A stretch of 64,000 nt of DNA from Spirochaetia bacterium (GTDB taxonomy: Bacteria; Spirochaetota; Spirochaetia; CADAEX01), in assembly GCA_963668545.1 (NCBI GenBank), contig OY764868.1, positions 3,312,578 to 3,376,577 of the forward strand, read 5' to 3'. A program made the position numbers and the translations under genes. How positions within the stretch are numbered: the stretch's first letter is position 1; every line of letters starts with the position of its first letter. Below are positions 48,059-57,312 of the stretch, piece by piece. Under the pieces are notes generated by a model that was not told the origin of the DNA, did no database searches, and was given only the letters and a program-made list of their open reading frames with translations.

Positions 48059-49324
48059 ATGGAAGAAAAAAAACCAACAGCAGTAATTGTCGGTATAGAT
48101 TACAGCAGGGAAAGTGAAACTGTAAAAAGGCACCTTGATGAGCTGGAAGCACTTTCAGAGACAATCGGGATTGAAACAGTCGAAAAAATAATTGCACCGC
48201 TTAAAAATCCGACACCACGTTATCTCGTAGGGACAGGGAAAGCTGAGGAAATCAGGTTTGCCGCGGAAGAGCATGATGCTGATTATATTATATTTGATGA
48301 CGAGCTGAGTCCCAGTCAGCAGAGGAACTGGGAGAGATTCACTTCCCGGCAGACTGCCGACAGGCAGGAGATTATAATCAATATATTCTCAGACAGGGCG
48401 GCAACAAAAGAGGCATCACTCCAGGTTGAACTTGCCCGTCTTTCATATTCCCTCCCCCGCCTCACCGGGGCATGGACACATTTCTCAAAGCAGAAAGGAG
48501 GGGTATCAGGAACCCGGGGAGAAGGGGAAAAACAGCTTGAGCTTGACAGGAGAATGATTCTCCACAGGATCAGCCGGCTGAAGAAAGAGCTTAAATCTGT
48601 TGAAAAGCAGAGGACAACACAGAGAAAGCTGAGAAAGACAAGGAATACTGCATCATGCGCCATTGCAGGTTATACAAATGCAGGAAAATCAACACTTCTG
48701 AACCGCCTTACACTGTCTGATGTTGATGCAAACAACCGGGTATTTGATACACTTGATCCGGCAACCCGTAAAATGAAACTGCCGGGAGGCAAGGAAATCC
48801 TTCTTACAGATACTGTAGGCTTTATAAGGAAACTTCCCCATCAGCTTGTGGAAGCCTTTAAATCAACTCTTGAGGAAACTGTCCTGTCGGATCTTATTAT
48901 ACTCCTTATGGATGGTTCCGATCCTGATGTTTTCAGCCACTACAGGACATCAATGGAAGTTCTCACCGAGATAGGGGCTTCTGACAAACCTGTATTAAAG
49001 GTAATAAACAAAACAGATTCAAAATCAGATTCGTTTCTGCGGCACCGGCTTGAAAATGAGTTCAGTGATGCTGTTTTTATATCTGCAAGAACAGGGGAAA
49101 ACATGGATCTATTTCTCGGTAAAATAGAAAGTATACTGAACAGAAAAGAGAAAAGAGTGAGGCTGGAAATACCCCTTGAAAAATACAGTATAATTGCCGG
49201 GATAAAATCTTCAGGGACAGTCTATCATGAAGAGTACCTTGATAATTCTGTTATTATTGAAGCTTCAATACCTGAAAGTCTCTCAGGTAAACTGGATCAG
49301 TATTCGATAGAAAAAGTCCTGTAA
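48059..49324 (+). CDS. hflX: GTPase HflX
   Basis: HflX N-domain. GTPase motifs G1 GYTNAGKST, G3 DTVGF and G4 NKTD. 421 aa. Confidence 0.9.
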   Translation: MEEKKPTAVIVGIDYSRESETVKRHLDELEALSETIGIETVEKIIAPLKNPTPRYLVGTGKAEEIRFAAEEHDADYIIFDDELSPSQQRNWERFTSRQTADRQEIIINIFSDRAATKEASLQVELARLSYSLPRLTGAWTHFSKQKGGVSGTRGEGEKQLELDRRMILHRISRLKKELKSVEKQRTTQRKLRKTRNTASCAIAGYTNAGKSTLLNRLTLSDVDANNRVFDTLDPATRKMKLPGGKEILLTDTVGFIRKLPHQLVEAFKSTLEETVLSDLIILLMDGSDPDVFSHYRTSMEVLTEIGASDKPVLKVINKTDSKSDSFLRHRLENEFSDAVFISARTGENMDLFLGKIESILNRKEKRVRLEIPLEKYSIIAGIKSSGTVYHEEYLDNSVIIEASIPESLSGKLDQYSIEKVL

Positions 49325-49587
49325 TAGCCCTGGTAAGGCCGCTCCTGTTTCCTGACTTCGATTACGTGTGCGCTGGGAGGCCCCTGTTCAAGCCATTTCA
49401 AAAAACTGTTCACATTGTCTTCAGGACCTTCGCACTCCAGCTGAACAGACCCGTCAGACCTGTTTCTGACCCATCCATTCACATTATATCTGGAAGCAGC
49501 CCTGACTGTATAATACCTGAAACCGACCCCCTGTACTGTACCGGTTACAGTTACAGAATATCTTTTCAGATTACTTTTTAAGTCCAT
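49297..49587 (-). CDS. acyP: Acylphosphatase
   Basis: VxGxVQGVGFRYYT signature and an 'NGWVRN' second motif. 96 aa. The 3' end overlaps the hflX 3' end by 28 nt (convergent). Confidence 0.85.
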   Translation of the reverse strand: MDLKSNLKRYSVTVTGTVQGVGFRYYTVRAASRYNVNGWVRNRSDGSVQLECEGPEDNVNSFLKWLEQGPPSAHVIEVRKQERPYQGYYRTFSIEY

Positions 49588-50176
49588 TACGATTGATACC
49601 TGTATTTTTATCTATGTAGTCAAACATGATGTTAAAATCAACAGGATAGTTCATAATAATATCACTGAAACCGCCCCCTGGCCCCTTATCCACATCTGCG
49701 ACAGAGATAATAAGAGGCTTTACCGTTTTTACACTCTCAAAGAAGTTTTTCAGTTTTTCAGGGTTTGTATATTCACATGACATTTTCATGATTATAACTT
49801 CAGGCTTTTTTTTCGCGCACATATAACCTGATGTAAAACTGTCATCAGAAACTGTTATATCATACTGTTTTTTCTCCAGAACAGCTTTTTCAGATAAAAT
49901 GTCTCCGAAAAGTGAATCTGAATCAATTATAATTATCCTTACGGAAGAACTTTTGATACTCTTGTACGGAATGAGTTCTTCAGGGAGAATCATGCCCCGG
50001 TTTTCTATAAATTCAATAAGGTTTTCTGCATAAACCCTGTATTGCCCGCCAGGAGTTGTAAAAGCTTTGAGATACCCGTTCTTTATCCAGTTGATTGCAG
50101 TCTGGTTCACAACACCGCAGAGGTTTGCAACCTCCAGAGCAGAGAATATTTTTAGTTTTTTCCCCTTTTTTCCCAT
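49571..50176 (-). CDS. Transcriptional regulator: excisionase/MerR-type HTH (HTH_17) fused to an atypical receiver-like domain lacking the phospho-acceptor Asp
   Basis: N-terminal FSALEVANLCGVVNQTAINWIKNGYL is a HTH_17 motif. C-terminal REC-like fold with IIIIDSD, and VIIMKMS where a phospho-acceptor Asp is expected (Lys instead), and with no conserved Lys before the final helix. Confidence 0.55.
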   Translation of the reverse strand: MGKKGKKLKIFSALEVANLCGVVNQTAINWIKNGYLKAFTTPGGQYRVYAENLIEFIENRGMILPEELIPYKSIKSSSVRIIIIDSDSLFGDILSEKAVLEKKQYDITVSDDSFTSGYMCAKKKPEVIIMKMSCEYTNPEKLKNFFESVKTVKPLIISVADVDKGPGGGFSDIIMNYPVDFNIMFDYIDKNTGINRNGLKK

Positions 50177-50353
50177 TCTTTTCCTTCCTGATTCTGATAC
50201 AGGTAGAAATATTCTAGCATATTATCAGGATCAGCTGTAACACTTTTTTTCAGGAGTAAAAACATTTTGCATATTTGGGATAATTTCAGCGGCTCCGGGA
50301 AAAAACTTCATGAATCCGGGAGGTCTCAAATATCAGCACTGCAGACAGATATT

Positions 50354-51616
50354 CTATATTTCAGTCCCGTCCCTGAGAACAGCGTTTTTATTTATAATAA
50401 TTATCCCTTCCCTTATGGAATAATTATTATAATCTCCATCATTTCTGTCTTTGCGGTCAATACCTATCCGGCAGCCTCTCCCGATCCTTGCATTTTTATC
50501 GACAAGAGCGTTCCTTATTATTGTACCTGATGATATACCGATGTTGGGAACATCCTTCTCCAGATTTTCCCTTTTCTCAGGTTCTGTCTCATAATGATCA
50601 GCCCCCATGCAGTATACATTTTCAAGACTTGCCCCCGAATCAATTATAGTCCTGATGCCTACAAGAGAATTGCTTACAAAGGCATTGGTAATTATTGATC
50701 CCTGGCCGGCAAGGGAATTCTGGAAAGTACATGAATTGATTTTAGTGGGGGGAAGATACACCTTGCTTGCATAAATCGGGTACATTTCATCATACATATT
50801 AAACTGAGGCTGGTTTGATGCAAGTTTGAGATTGGCATCAAAAAAACTTCTGATTGTCCCTATATCCTCCCAGTAACCGTCATATATATAACCTTTTACT
50901 TTATAATTGTTTATTGCAGCAGGGATTATCTCCTTGCCGAAATCCTGTGAATCTGATTCAAGGACCTTCTCAAGGATATCAGCATTGAATATATATATCC
51001 CCATTGATGCAAGATATTCCTTATCACTGTTTATGGGACGGGCCATCTTCATTTCAGAAATATCCTTTTCATAACCGGGTTTTTCAAGAAAGCTGTCAAT
51101 AAAACCATCACCGTCTATACAAAGGATACCCAGCTGGGAGGCGTCCCTTCTTGTTACCGGAGTGGAAGCAATGCTGATGTCGGCATCTGATTCCCGGTGT
51201 TCCCTGAGAAACTGCCTGAGGTCCATCCTGTAAAGCTGGTCTCCCGAAAGTATCATGTAATAATCAGGTCTCTGACTCCTGAAAGAAAAAATATTCTTTC
51301 TTATAGCATCTGCAGTGCCTGTATACCAGCCGGCTTCATTTCCATATGCCTGTTTGGCTGCAATTATTTTTACATAACCCCTGGAGAAGGAATCAAACCA
51401 GTAGGTAGAAGCAATATGATTGTTCAGGGAATCGGAATTAAACTGGGTCAGTATACTTATGTTGCGTATACCAGCATGTATGCTGTTTGACAGCGGGATG
51501 TCTATAAGTCTGTAGCTGCATCCGAAAGGGACTGCCGGTTTTGCCCTCTCTTTTGTAAGGGGATAAAGCCTTTCCCCCTTGCCTCCCCCCAGAATTACAC
51601 AAGAAACATTATTCAT
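50354..51616 (-). CDS. glgC: Glucose-1-phosphate adenylyltransferase
   Basis: N-terminal ILGGGKGERLYPLTKERAKPAVPFG and a C-terminal left-handed beta-helix region. 420 aa. Confidence 0.9.
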   Translation of the reverse strand: MNNVSCVILGGGKGERLYPLTKERAKPAVPFGCSYRLIDIPLSNSIHAGIRNISILTQFNSDSLNNHIASTYWFDSFSRGYVKIIAAKQAYGNEAGWYTGTADAIRKNIFSFRSQRPDYYMILSGDQLYRMDLRQFLREHRESDADISIASTPVTRRDASQLGILCIDGDGFIDSFLEKPGYEKDISEMKMARPINSDKEYLASMGIYIFNADILEKVLESDSQDFGKEIIPAAINNYKVKGYIYDGYWEDIGTIRSFFDANLKLASNQPQFNMYDEMYPIYASKVYLPPTKINSCTFQNSLAGQGSIITNAFVSNSLVGIRTIIDSGASLENVYCMGADHYETEPEKRENLEKDVPNIGISSGTIIRNALVDKNARIGRGCRIGIDRKDRNDGDYNNYSIREGIIIINKNAVLRDGTEI

Positions 51617-51648
51617 TAAAACACCCCTTTAAAAATTGTAGTACAGAC

Positions 51649-53118
51649 TCAACTGTTTTTGAAACTTTTTTTATAAAGATCCAGATATATGTCAGCAGAT
51701 TTTTTCCATGAATAATCCTGAACCATCCCTTTTTTTCTCATTTTTGTGATATGGCTTCTTCTGTCATACCAGGTGGAAACGGCCCATCCGAGAACATTGT
51801 AGAGAACCCCCGGGTTAAGATCATTAAACATGAACCCGGTTCCGCCTCCTGTTTCCTGATCATAGTTTTCCACAGTATCTGCCAGCCCTCCAGTGTTCCT
51901 CACTATGGGAATTGCCCCGTATCTTAGGGAATAAATCTGGTTTAATCCGCAGGGCTCGTATCTGCTGGGCATTAAAAAAAAGTCGCTTCCACCCTCAATC
52001 AGGTGGGCAAGTTTTTCATTGTAACCGATCCAGACAGAGAGATTGGGAAATACTGAAGAGAGATATGAAAGTTCATTTTCACACCATTTTTCACCTGATC
52101 CGAGGACAGCAAACTGAACATTGAAATCAGAGAGGATGGAAAAAAGGCTTCCCTCCCCGGGAGCAGCCAGTTCCCTGATCCCTTTCTGTACGGCAAGCCT
52201 TGTCACCATACCAACAACAGGTATTCCTGAATCAACAGGGAGACCCATCTCCTTCTGGAGCCTTTTCTTGACCCTGCCCCTTGCAGCTGTTCTGGATGCT
52301 GAATAGTTGTCAGGAGAGAGATACTGATCATTTTCAGGGTTCCAGTGGTTATAATCAGCCCCGTTCAGAATACCGACAAGGTCCTCCTGTCTGTAACGGA
52401 GAAGACCGTCAAGACCATGACCGAAATAGGGGGTTTTTATCTCTTCAGCATAAGTGGGGGAAACTGTCGTAATAACATCAGCGCTCATTATTCCCGCTTT
52501 CAGAAAATTTAGTGCCCCGCTGAATTCAAGGGTTGAAACAGAATGGAGATCTCTTTCATTCTGAATGTGGGAAACATCATCAAGGGAAAAAATTCCCTGA
52601 TATCCGAGATTGTGGATTGTAAGGATTGATGAAGATGATGAAAATTCCCGGTACTGTTCCTCCTTTTTCAGAAGATAAGGCACCAGGGAGGCTGCCCAGT
52701 CATGACAGTGAAAAATATCGGGGATCCAGTCAATTGCCCTGCAGGCCTGGAAAACAGCCCTGTTGAATACAGCGAAACGCTTTGCATTGTCGGCAAAACC
52801 CTCTTCGCCGTTATGGCTGTATATCCCGTCCCTTCCGAAAGCCTCTTCATGATCAATAAAATATACAGGAATATCAGTCCCGGGAAGTACTGATTCATAC
52901 AGGCATGCCCACTCCTCTCCGTATGGAAGAGGTATTCCCAGTGGATAGGGATGCTTTTTTAGAGATGATCTGTCTATGCTGTAATACCTGGGAATTATAA
53001 TCCTGATATCAATATCCCTTTTTCCAAGTTCAGCAGAAAGAGAGGTGACCATATCTGCAAGCCCCCCTGTTTTCGCATAGGGAAGAAGCTCTGTTGTAAC
53101 CATCAGTATCTTTATCAT
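51649..53118 (-). CDS. glgA: Glycogen synthase (ADP-glucose type, GT5)
   Basis: N-terminal KILMVTTELLPYAKTGGLADMV (KTGGL motif) and a C-terminal GT-B domain. 489 aa. Confidence 0.9.
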   Translation of the reverse strand: MIKILMVTTELLPYAKTGGLADMVTSLSAELGKRDIDIRIIIPRYYSIDRSSLKKHPYPLGIPLPYGEEWACLYESVLPGTDIPVYFIDHEEAFGRDGIYSHNGEEGFADNAKRFAVFNRAVFQACRAIDWIPDIFHCHDWAASLVPYLLKKEEQYREFSSSSSILTIHNLGYQGIFSLDDVSHIQNERDLHSVSTLEFSGALNFLKAGIMSADVITTVSPTYAEEIKTPYFGHGLDGLLRYRQEDLVGILNGADYNHWNPENDQYLSPDNYSASRTAARGRVKKRLQKEMGLPVDSGIPVVGMVTRLAVQKGIRELAAPGEGSLFSILSDFNVQFAVLGSGEKWCENELSYLSSVFPNLSVWIGYNEKLAHLIEGGSDFFLMPSRYEPCGLNQIYSLRYGAIPIVRNTGGLADTVENYDQETGGGTGFMFNDLNPGVLYNVLGWAVSTWYDRRSHITKMRKKGMVQDYSWKKSADIYLDLYKKSFKNS

Positions 53119-54797
53119 GCACTCAAACCCTTAATCCTGAAAATCATTATGCCGCAAGGCTCCAGCGTAAAATCAAAAATCATATCTGAAACAGAAATCT
53201 CCCTTCCTGACAGGATATCTTCAAGAATAAACATTCTGAATGGGAGGTTGAAATCCTTCTGCTGAAGCTGTATTTCAGCATTATTGTATATATCAAAATT
53301 GGCAATCAGCAGCCAGGCATCATCACCCCTGATATCGCTTCTGAGGGAGGCAAGAACAGATGGATGATTATTGTCTACAAACCTGATATTTCCGATATCC
53401 TGAAAAACAGGCTCTTTTTCAAGCAGTCTGTTGATTACAGTAATTTCCCTTGTATAGTCTTTATCTCCGAAATCCGCAGAAGTATTGTTTCTTCCTATAA
53501 ATTTTATCTTTTCACTTATGCCGGTTTCAGAGCCCTGTACAATACCTGTCTGGCCAGTTCCGCACAATGCATAAGACATGTATCTCGGGATAGTTGAACA
53601 CGGGCTTCCGTATTCAACAGCCGGTGTACCTGTATCATGTGTTGTAAGAGGAAGGAAGTATTTAAGCCCCCCCTCCTTATGGATCGATTTGAGATATTTT
53701 CTAAGTTCAGGGAGAAGACGGTATTCCCACGGATTACCCAGCACCAGGTTGAGCTGCCACTGAGGTACGTTTTTCAGAAAATTCTCTTTTGAAGTAAAAT
53801 ACTCTCCCAGGAGAATAAGATCAGGATAATCATTCTTAAGTTTGCCTGAAAGAAAAATCATAAACAGGGAGTTTGAACTGTGAAGATTATCAAACCTCAG
53901 CCCCCCACCTGTGTAGTCGGCATAATTGGCCCAGAAATCAACATAATGGTACATATAATTCCAGATCTCATAGTTTACCCGGGAGTCCGGATGGTCATAA
54001 TCAATAAGAACAAGGTCTTCCCACTTTATCCAGGAATTCTGGTGGTAGCATCCCGCCCGCTGAAACCCGTCTTTCTCCTGACTGTCTTTCTTTATCCACC
54101 CGCTGCATTCCAGAGCAGGGATACTTTCAGGATTTATATGGTTAATTACAATATCTAGATAAAGACGGATACCCAGCTTTTTAGCCTCTTCAACAAATTC
54201 TTCAAACTGATCAAGTACATCTGTCTTCTTTTCAGGATCAGTATATGAAGGGTCTATATCAAAAAGATCCATTGCTGAATAGGGGCTTTCTGAATTTCCC
54301 ATTCTGGTGACAGGAAGAAGATGAACAGCATTAAATCCCAGATTCTTGATATGACCCAGCTTTTTTTTCCACTCTGTGATAGTGCCTGAGGAATTTGGAA
54401 TAAGGGTATAAATTCTCAGGTTTTTCATTCCGGGAGGATCTACAAGTATTATTCTGTCGGAAAGACTGTTCCAGAGCCATTTTTTCCCCCTGTCATGGGA
54501 ATACCTTATCTTAAACTCATATATACCGCACCTGGAAAAAATAATATCAAGATAAAAGCGGTCTCCGCTGTTTTCCATCCGGTAATACTTCCATCTTGTT
54601 TTTCTCTCCATATCAGGGAAGTCAGCATATATTTCAGCTACAGTATCCGGATTGCTTCCGGCTATTTCAATTTCAAGATGAAGGTTCCTGTCCCTGTATG
54701 TCCTGATTATTTTTTCATTCCTGTAGGGATAAAGAAACATGACATCATCGGGAGAACCTTTTTCAAACCTGAGGACAGGGACAGATCTTCTTTCCAT
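53115..54797 (-). CDS. GH13-family alpha-glucan enzyme, GlgE-like (maltosyltransferase-like)
   Basis: Region I DIVINHINPES, region II GGLRFDNLHSS (RxDNxH as in GlgE RVDNPHTKP), region III LILLGEYFT (GlgE FLAEAFT) and a DYDHPDS block (GlgE DADPDG). Shorter than canonical GlgE (560 aa versus about 700). Confidence 0.6.
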   Translation of the reverse strand: MERRSVPVLRFEKGSPDDVMFLYPYRNEKIIRTYRDRNLHLEIEIAGSNPDTVAEIYADFPDMERKTRWKYYRMENSGDRFYLDIIFSRCGIYEFKIRYSHDRGKKWLWNSLSDRIILVDPPGMKNLRIYTLIPNSSGTITEWKKKLGHIKNLGFNAVHLLPVTRMGNSESPYSAMDLFDIDPSYTDPEKKTDVLDQFEEFVEEAKKLGIRLYLDIVINHINPESIPALECSGWIKKDSQEKDGFQRAGCYHQNSWIKWEDLVLIDYDHPDSRVNYEIWNYMYHYVDFWANYADYTGGGLRFDNLHSSNSLFMIFLSGKLKNDYPDLILLGEYFTSKENFLKNVPQWQLNLVLGNPWEYRLLPELRKYLKSIHKEGGLKYFLPLTTHDTGTPAVEYGSPCSTIPRYMSYALCGTGQTGIVQGSETGISEKIKFIGRNNTSADFGDKDYTREITVINRLLEKEPVFQDIGNIRFVDNNHPSVLASLRSDIRGDDAWLLIANFDIYNNAEIQLQQKDFNLPFRMFILEDILSGREISVSDMIFDFTLEPCGIMIFRIKGLSA

Positions 54798-54816
54798 ATT
54801 AACCTCACACTATCAG

Positions 54817-57312
54817 CTATTCCGCAATCGGTTTAATATTCCAGATATTTTCAGCATATTCAATGATTGTCCTGTCACTGGAAAATTTACCGGAATTGGC
54901 AATATTATAAAGAGACATTTTCATCCATCTGTTTCTGTCGGAATAGGCTTTTTCAGCCTCTTCATGGATTTTTATATAATTATTGAAATCTGCAAGATGC
55001 ATATAGGTATCATGCTGCAGAAGCATGTTTTTTACAGGTTCAAAAACACCGGGTTCATTAAGATCAAAATGACCGTTGAAAAGAAGATCAAGAGTATCTT
55101 TGATCTCAGGGTCATTAAGATAAAGATCATTTGGATTATAATTCTTCTTTCTTTCTGCAACTTCATCCGCAGTCAGACCGAATATGAATATATTTTCTCC
55201 CCCTGCCTCATCCCTGATTTCAATATTAGCCCCGTCAAGGGTTCCTATTGTAAGAGCACCGTTAAGCATGAATTTCATGTTGCTGGTTCCTGAAGCCTCA
55301 GTCCCTGCTGTTGATATCTGTTCGGAAATATCTGCAGAGGGAATTATCTTTTCAGCCTGGGAAACCCCGTAATCCCATAGGAAGTGGACCTTAATAAATT
55401 CTTCAACATGGGGATTCCTGTTTATCACATAACCGACATTATTAATCAGTTTAATAATCAGCTTTGCCATGTAATAACCCGGGGCTGCCTTGCCTCCGAA
55501 AATAAATGTCTGGGGGAGACACTTCTCCCCCCTTCTTATCCTGCTGTAGAGGTAAACTATCCGGAGAACATTAAGCAGCTGCCTTTTATATTCATGAATC
55601 CTCTTTACATGAATGTCAAAGATGGTATCTGTATCAAGTTCAATTCCGAATGTTTTAATGCAGTGTTTCTGAAGGCTTTTCTTTGCATTCTGCTTCGCAT
55701 TATAAAGTTTTTCCAGGAATGAGGAATCATCTGCAAATTTTTCCAGTTTTTTGAGCTCATAAAGGTCAGTTATCCATCTGTCCCCAATCGCTTCTGTAAT
55801 GAGAGAAGCAAGAAATGGATTTGATTTAAGAAGCCATCTTCTCTGGGTTATACCGTTTGTCATGTTGAGGAACCTGTCGGGATACAGCTGGTAGAAGTCG
55901 GGAGTAAGCTTTTCCTTTATAAGCTTTGTATGAAGCTCTGCAACTCCGTTTACCTTGTGTGACCCGACAATGGAAACATTGGCCATTCGGACATGCTTTC
56001 CTCCCCCTTCTCCTATCAGGCTGATATTTGAAAGTTTTGAAGGATCAGATGGATATTTTTTAGAGACATGTTCTATAAGCTCATAGTTTATTCTGTAAAT
56101 TATATCAAGGTGTCTTGGAAGGAGCCGTTCAAACATATGGACAGGCCAGACTTCAAGCGCTTCAGGCATCAGAGTATGATTTGTATAGCTGAATGTTTTT
56201 CTTGTAATGCTCCATGCAACATCCCATGACAGATTTTCCCTGTCCACAAGAATCCTCATAAGTTCGGGAACAGCCAGGGCAGGGTGTGTATCATTAAGCT
56301 GTATTGATGTTTTATCGGGAAGATTGGTCAGCGGAAGACCGAGTCCTTTAAACCTTCTGATTATATCCTGAATTGAACAGGAAACAAAAAAATACTCCTG
56401 CTTGAAACGGAGCTCCTTCCCTTCATAGAGATTGTCATCCGGGTAAAGAATTTTAGTCAGGCTTTCAGCCCTGGCCTGCTTGTCAACAGAATAATAATAC
56501 TCACCCCTGTTGAACCTGTCATAGTTGAATTTTTCTAGACTTCTTGCTTTCCAGAGCCTGAGTGTATTAATTGTCTTTCCTCCGTAACCGACTACAGGAT
56601 TGTCATATGGTATTCCGACAATATCTTCCGTAGCAACCCAGCTGATCTCACCGCTGTCTTCCCGCTCAAGTCTTCCCCCGAACTGCACTGTGCATGGTAT
56701 GTCAGGCCTTTTAATCTCCCATGGATTGCCGTTTCTCAGCCAGTCATCCGGCTTTTCAACCTGGTAGCCGTTAACAATCTCCTGTCTGAAAATACCGTAC
56801 TCATACCTCAGTCCATACCCTATTGCCGGGTAGTTCATTGTTGCCAGAGAATCAAGAAAACATGCAGCCAGTCTTCCCAGACCCCCATTTCCGAGACCTT
56901 CATCCATCTCAAGGGCCCTCAGCTCTTTCCAGGGTATGCCGTTTTTTTCCATTGCCTCTTTAAGAACATTTTCATATCCCAGGTTTATAACATTGTTTCC
57001 GATTGCCCGCCCCATCAGATACTCTATAGACATATAATAGAGCTGTTTTGATTCTGCCTTGTCCTGCAGTTTTTTTGTCTTAACCCACCTGTCAATAAGC
57101 CTGTCCCTGATGGTAAGAACCAGGGCATTATACATGTCATACCGGCTTGCAGATTCAGGGTCCACGGCAAGAGAAAACCTCAGGTGCTCATCAAAACCTG
57201 CAAAAAAGGATGCCGGGTCACCTCCCTGCCTTGATGTTAAAGATTTTTCTCCTGTATTTCTTTTGTCAGTACTTTTATAATTCTCTGCAGATTTACTGTT
57301 GTTTTCGCTCAT
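54817..57312 (-). CDS. glgP: Glycogen/alpha-glucan phosphorylase
   Basis: PLP-site EASGTSNMKFMLNGALTIGTLDGANIE and GT35 architecture. 831 aa. Confidence 0.9.
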   Translation of the reverse strand: MSENNSKSAENYKSTDKRNTGEKSLTSRQGGDPASFFAGFDEHLRFSLAVDPESASRYDMYNALVLTIRDRLIDRWVKTKKLQDKAESKQLYYMSIEYLMGRAIGNNVINLGYENVLKEAMEKNGIPWKELRALEMDEGLGNGGLGRLAACFLDSLATMNYPAIGYGLRYEYGIFRQEIVNGYQVEKPDDWLRNGNPWEIKRPDIPCTVQFGGRLEREDSGEISWVATEDIVGIPYDNPVVGYGGKTINTLRLWKARSLEKFNYDRFNRGEYYYSVDKQARAESLTKILYPDDNLYEGKELRFKQEYFFVSCSIQDIIRRFKGLGLPLTNLPDKTSIQLNDTHPALAVPELMRILVDRENLSWDVAWSITRKTFSYTNHTLMPEALEVWPVHMFERLLPRHLDIIYRINYELIEHVSKKYPSDPSKLSNISLIGEGGGKHVRMANVSIVGSHKVNGVAELHTKLIKEKLTPDFYQLYPDRFLNMTNGITQRRWLLKSNPFLASLITEAIGDRWITDLYELKKLEKFADDSSFLEKLYNAKQNAKKSLQKHCIKTFGIELDTDTIFDIHVKRIHEYKRQLLNVLRIVYLYSRIRRGEKCLPQTFIFGGKAAPGYYMAKLIIKLINNVGYVINRNPHVEEFIKVHFLWDYGVSQAEKIIPSADISEQISTAGTEASGTSNMKFMLNGALTIGTLDGANIEIRDEAGGENIFIFGLTADEVAERKKNYNPNDLYLNDPEIKDTLDLLFNGHFDLNEPGVFEPVKNMLLQHDTYMHLADFNNYIKIHEEAEKAYSDRNRWMKMSLYNIANSGKFSSDRTIIEYAENIWNIKPIAE

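Noticed and set aside
49297-49324. 28-nt convergent overlap of the hflX and acyP 3' ends
   Set aside because: This is real in the sequence but common for convergent genes, and I do not consider it noteworthy on its own.
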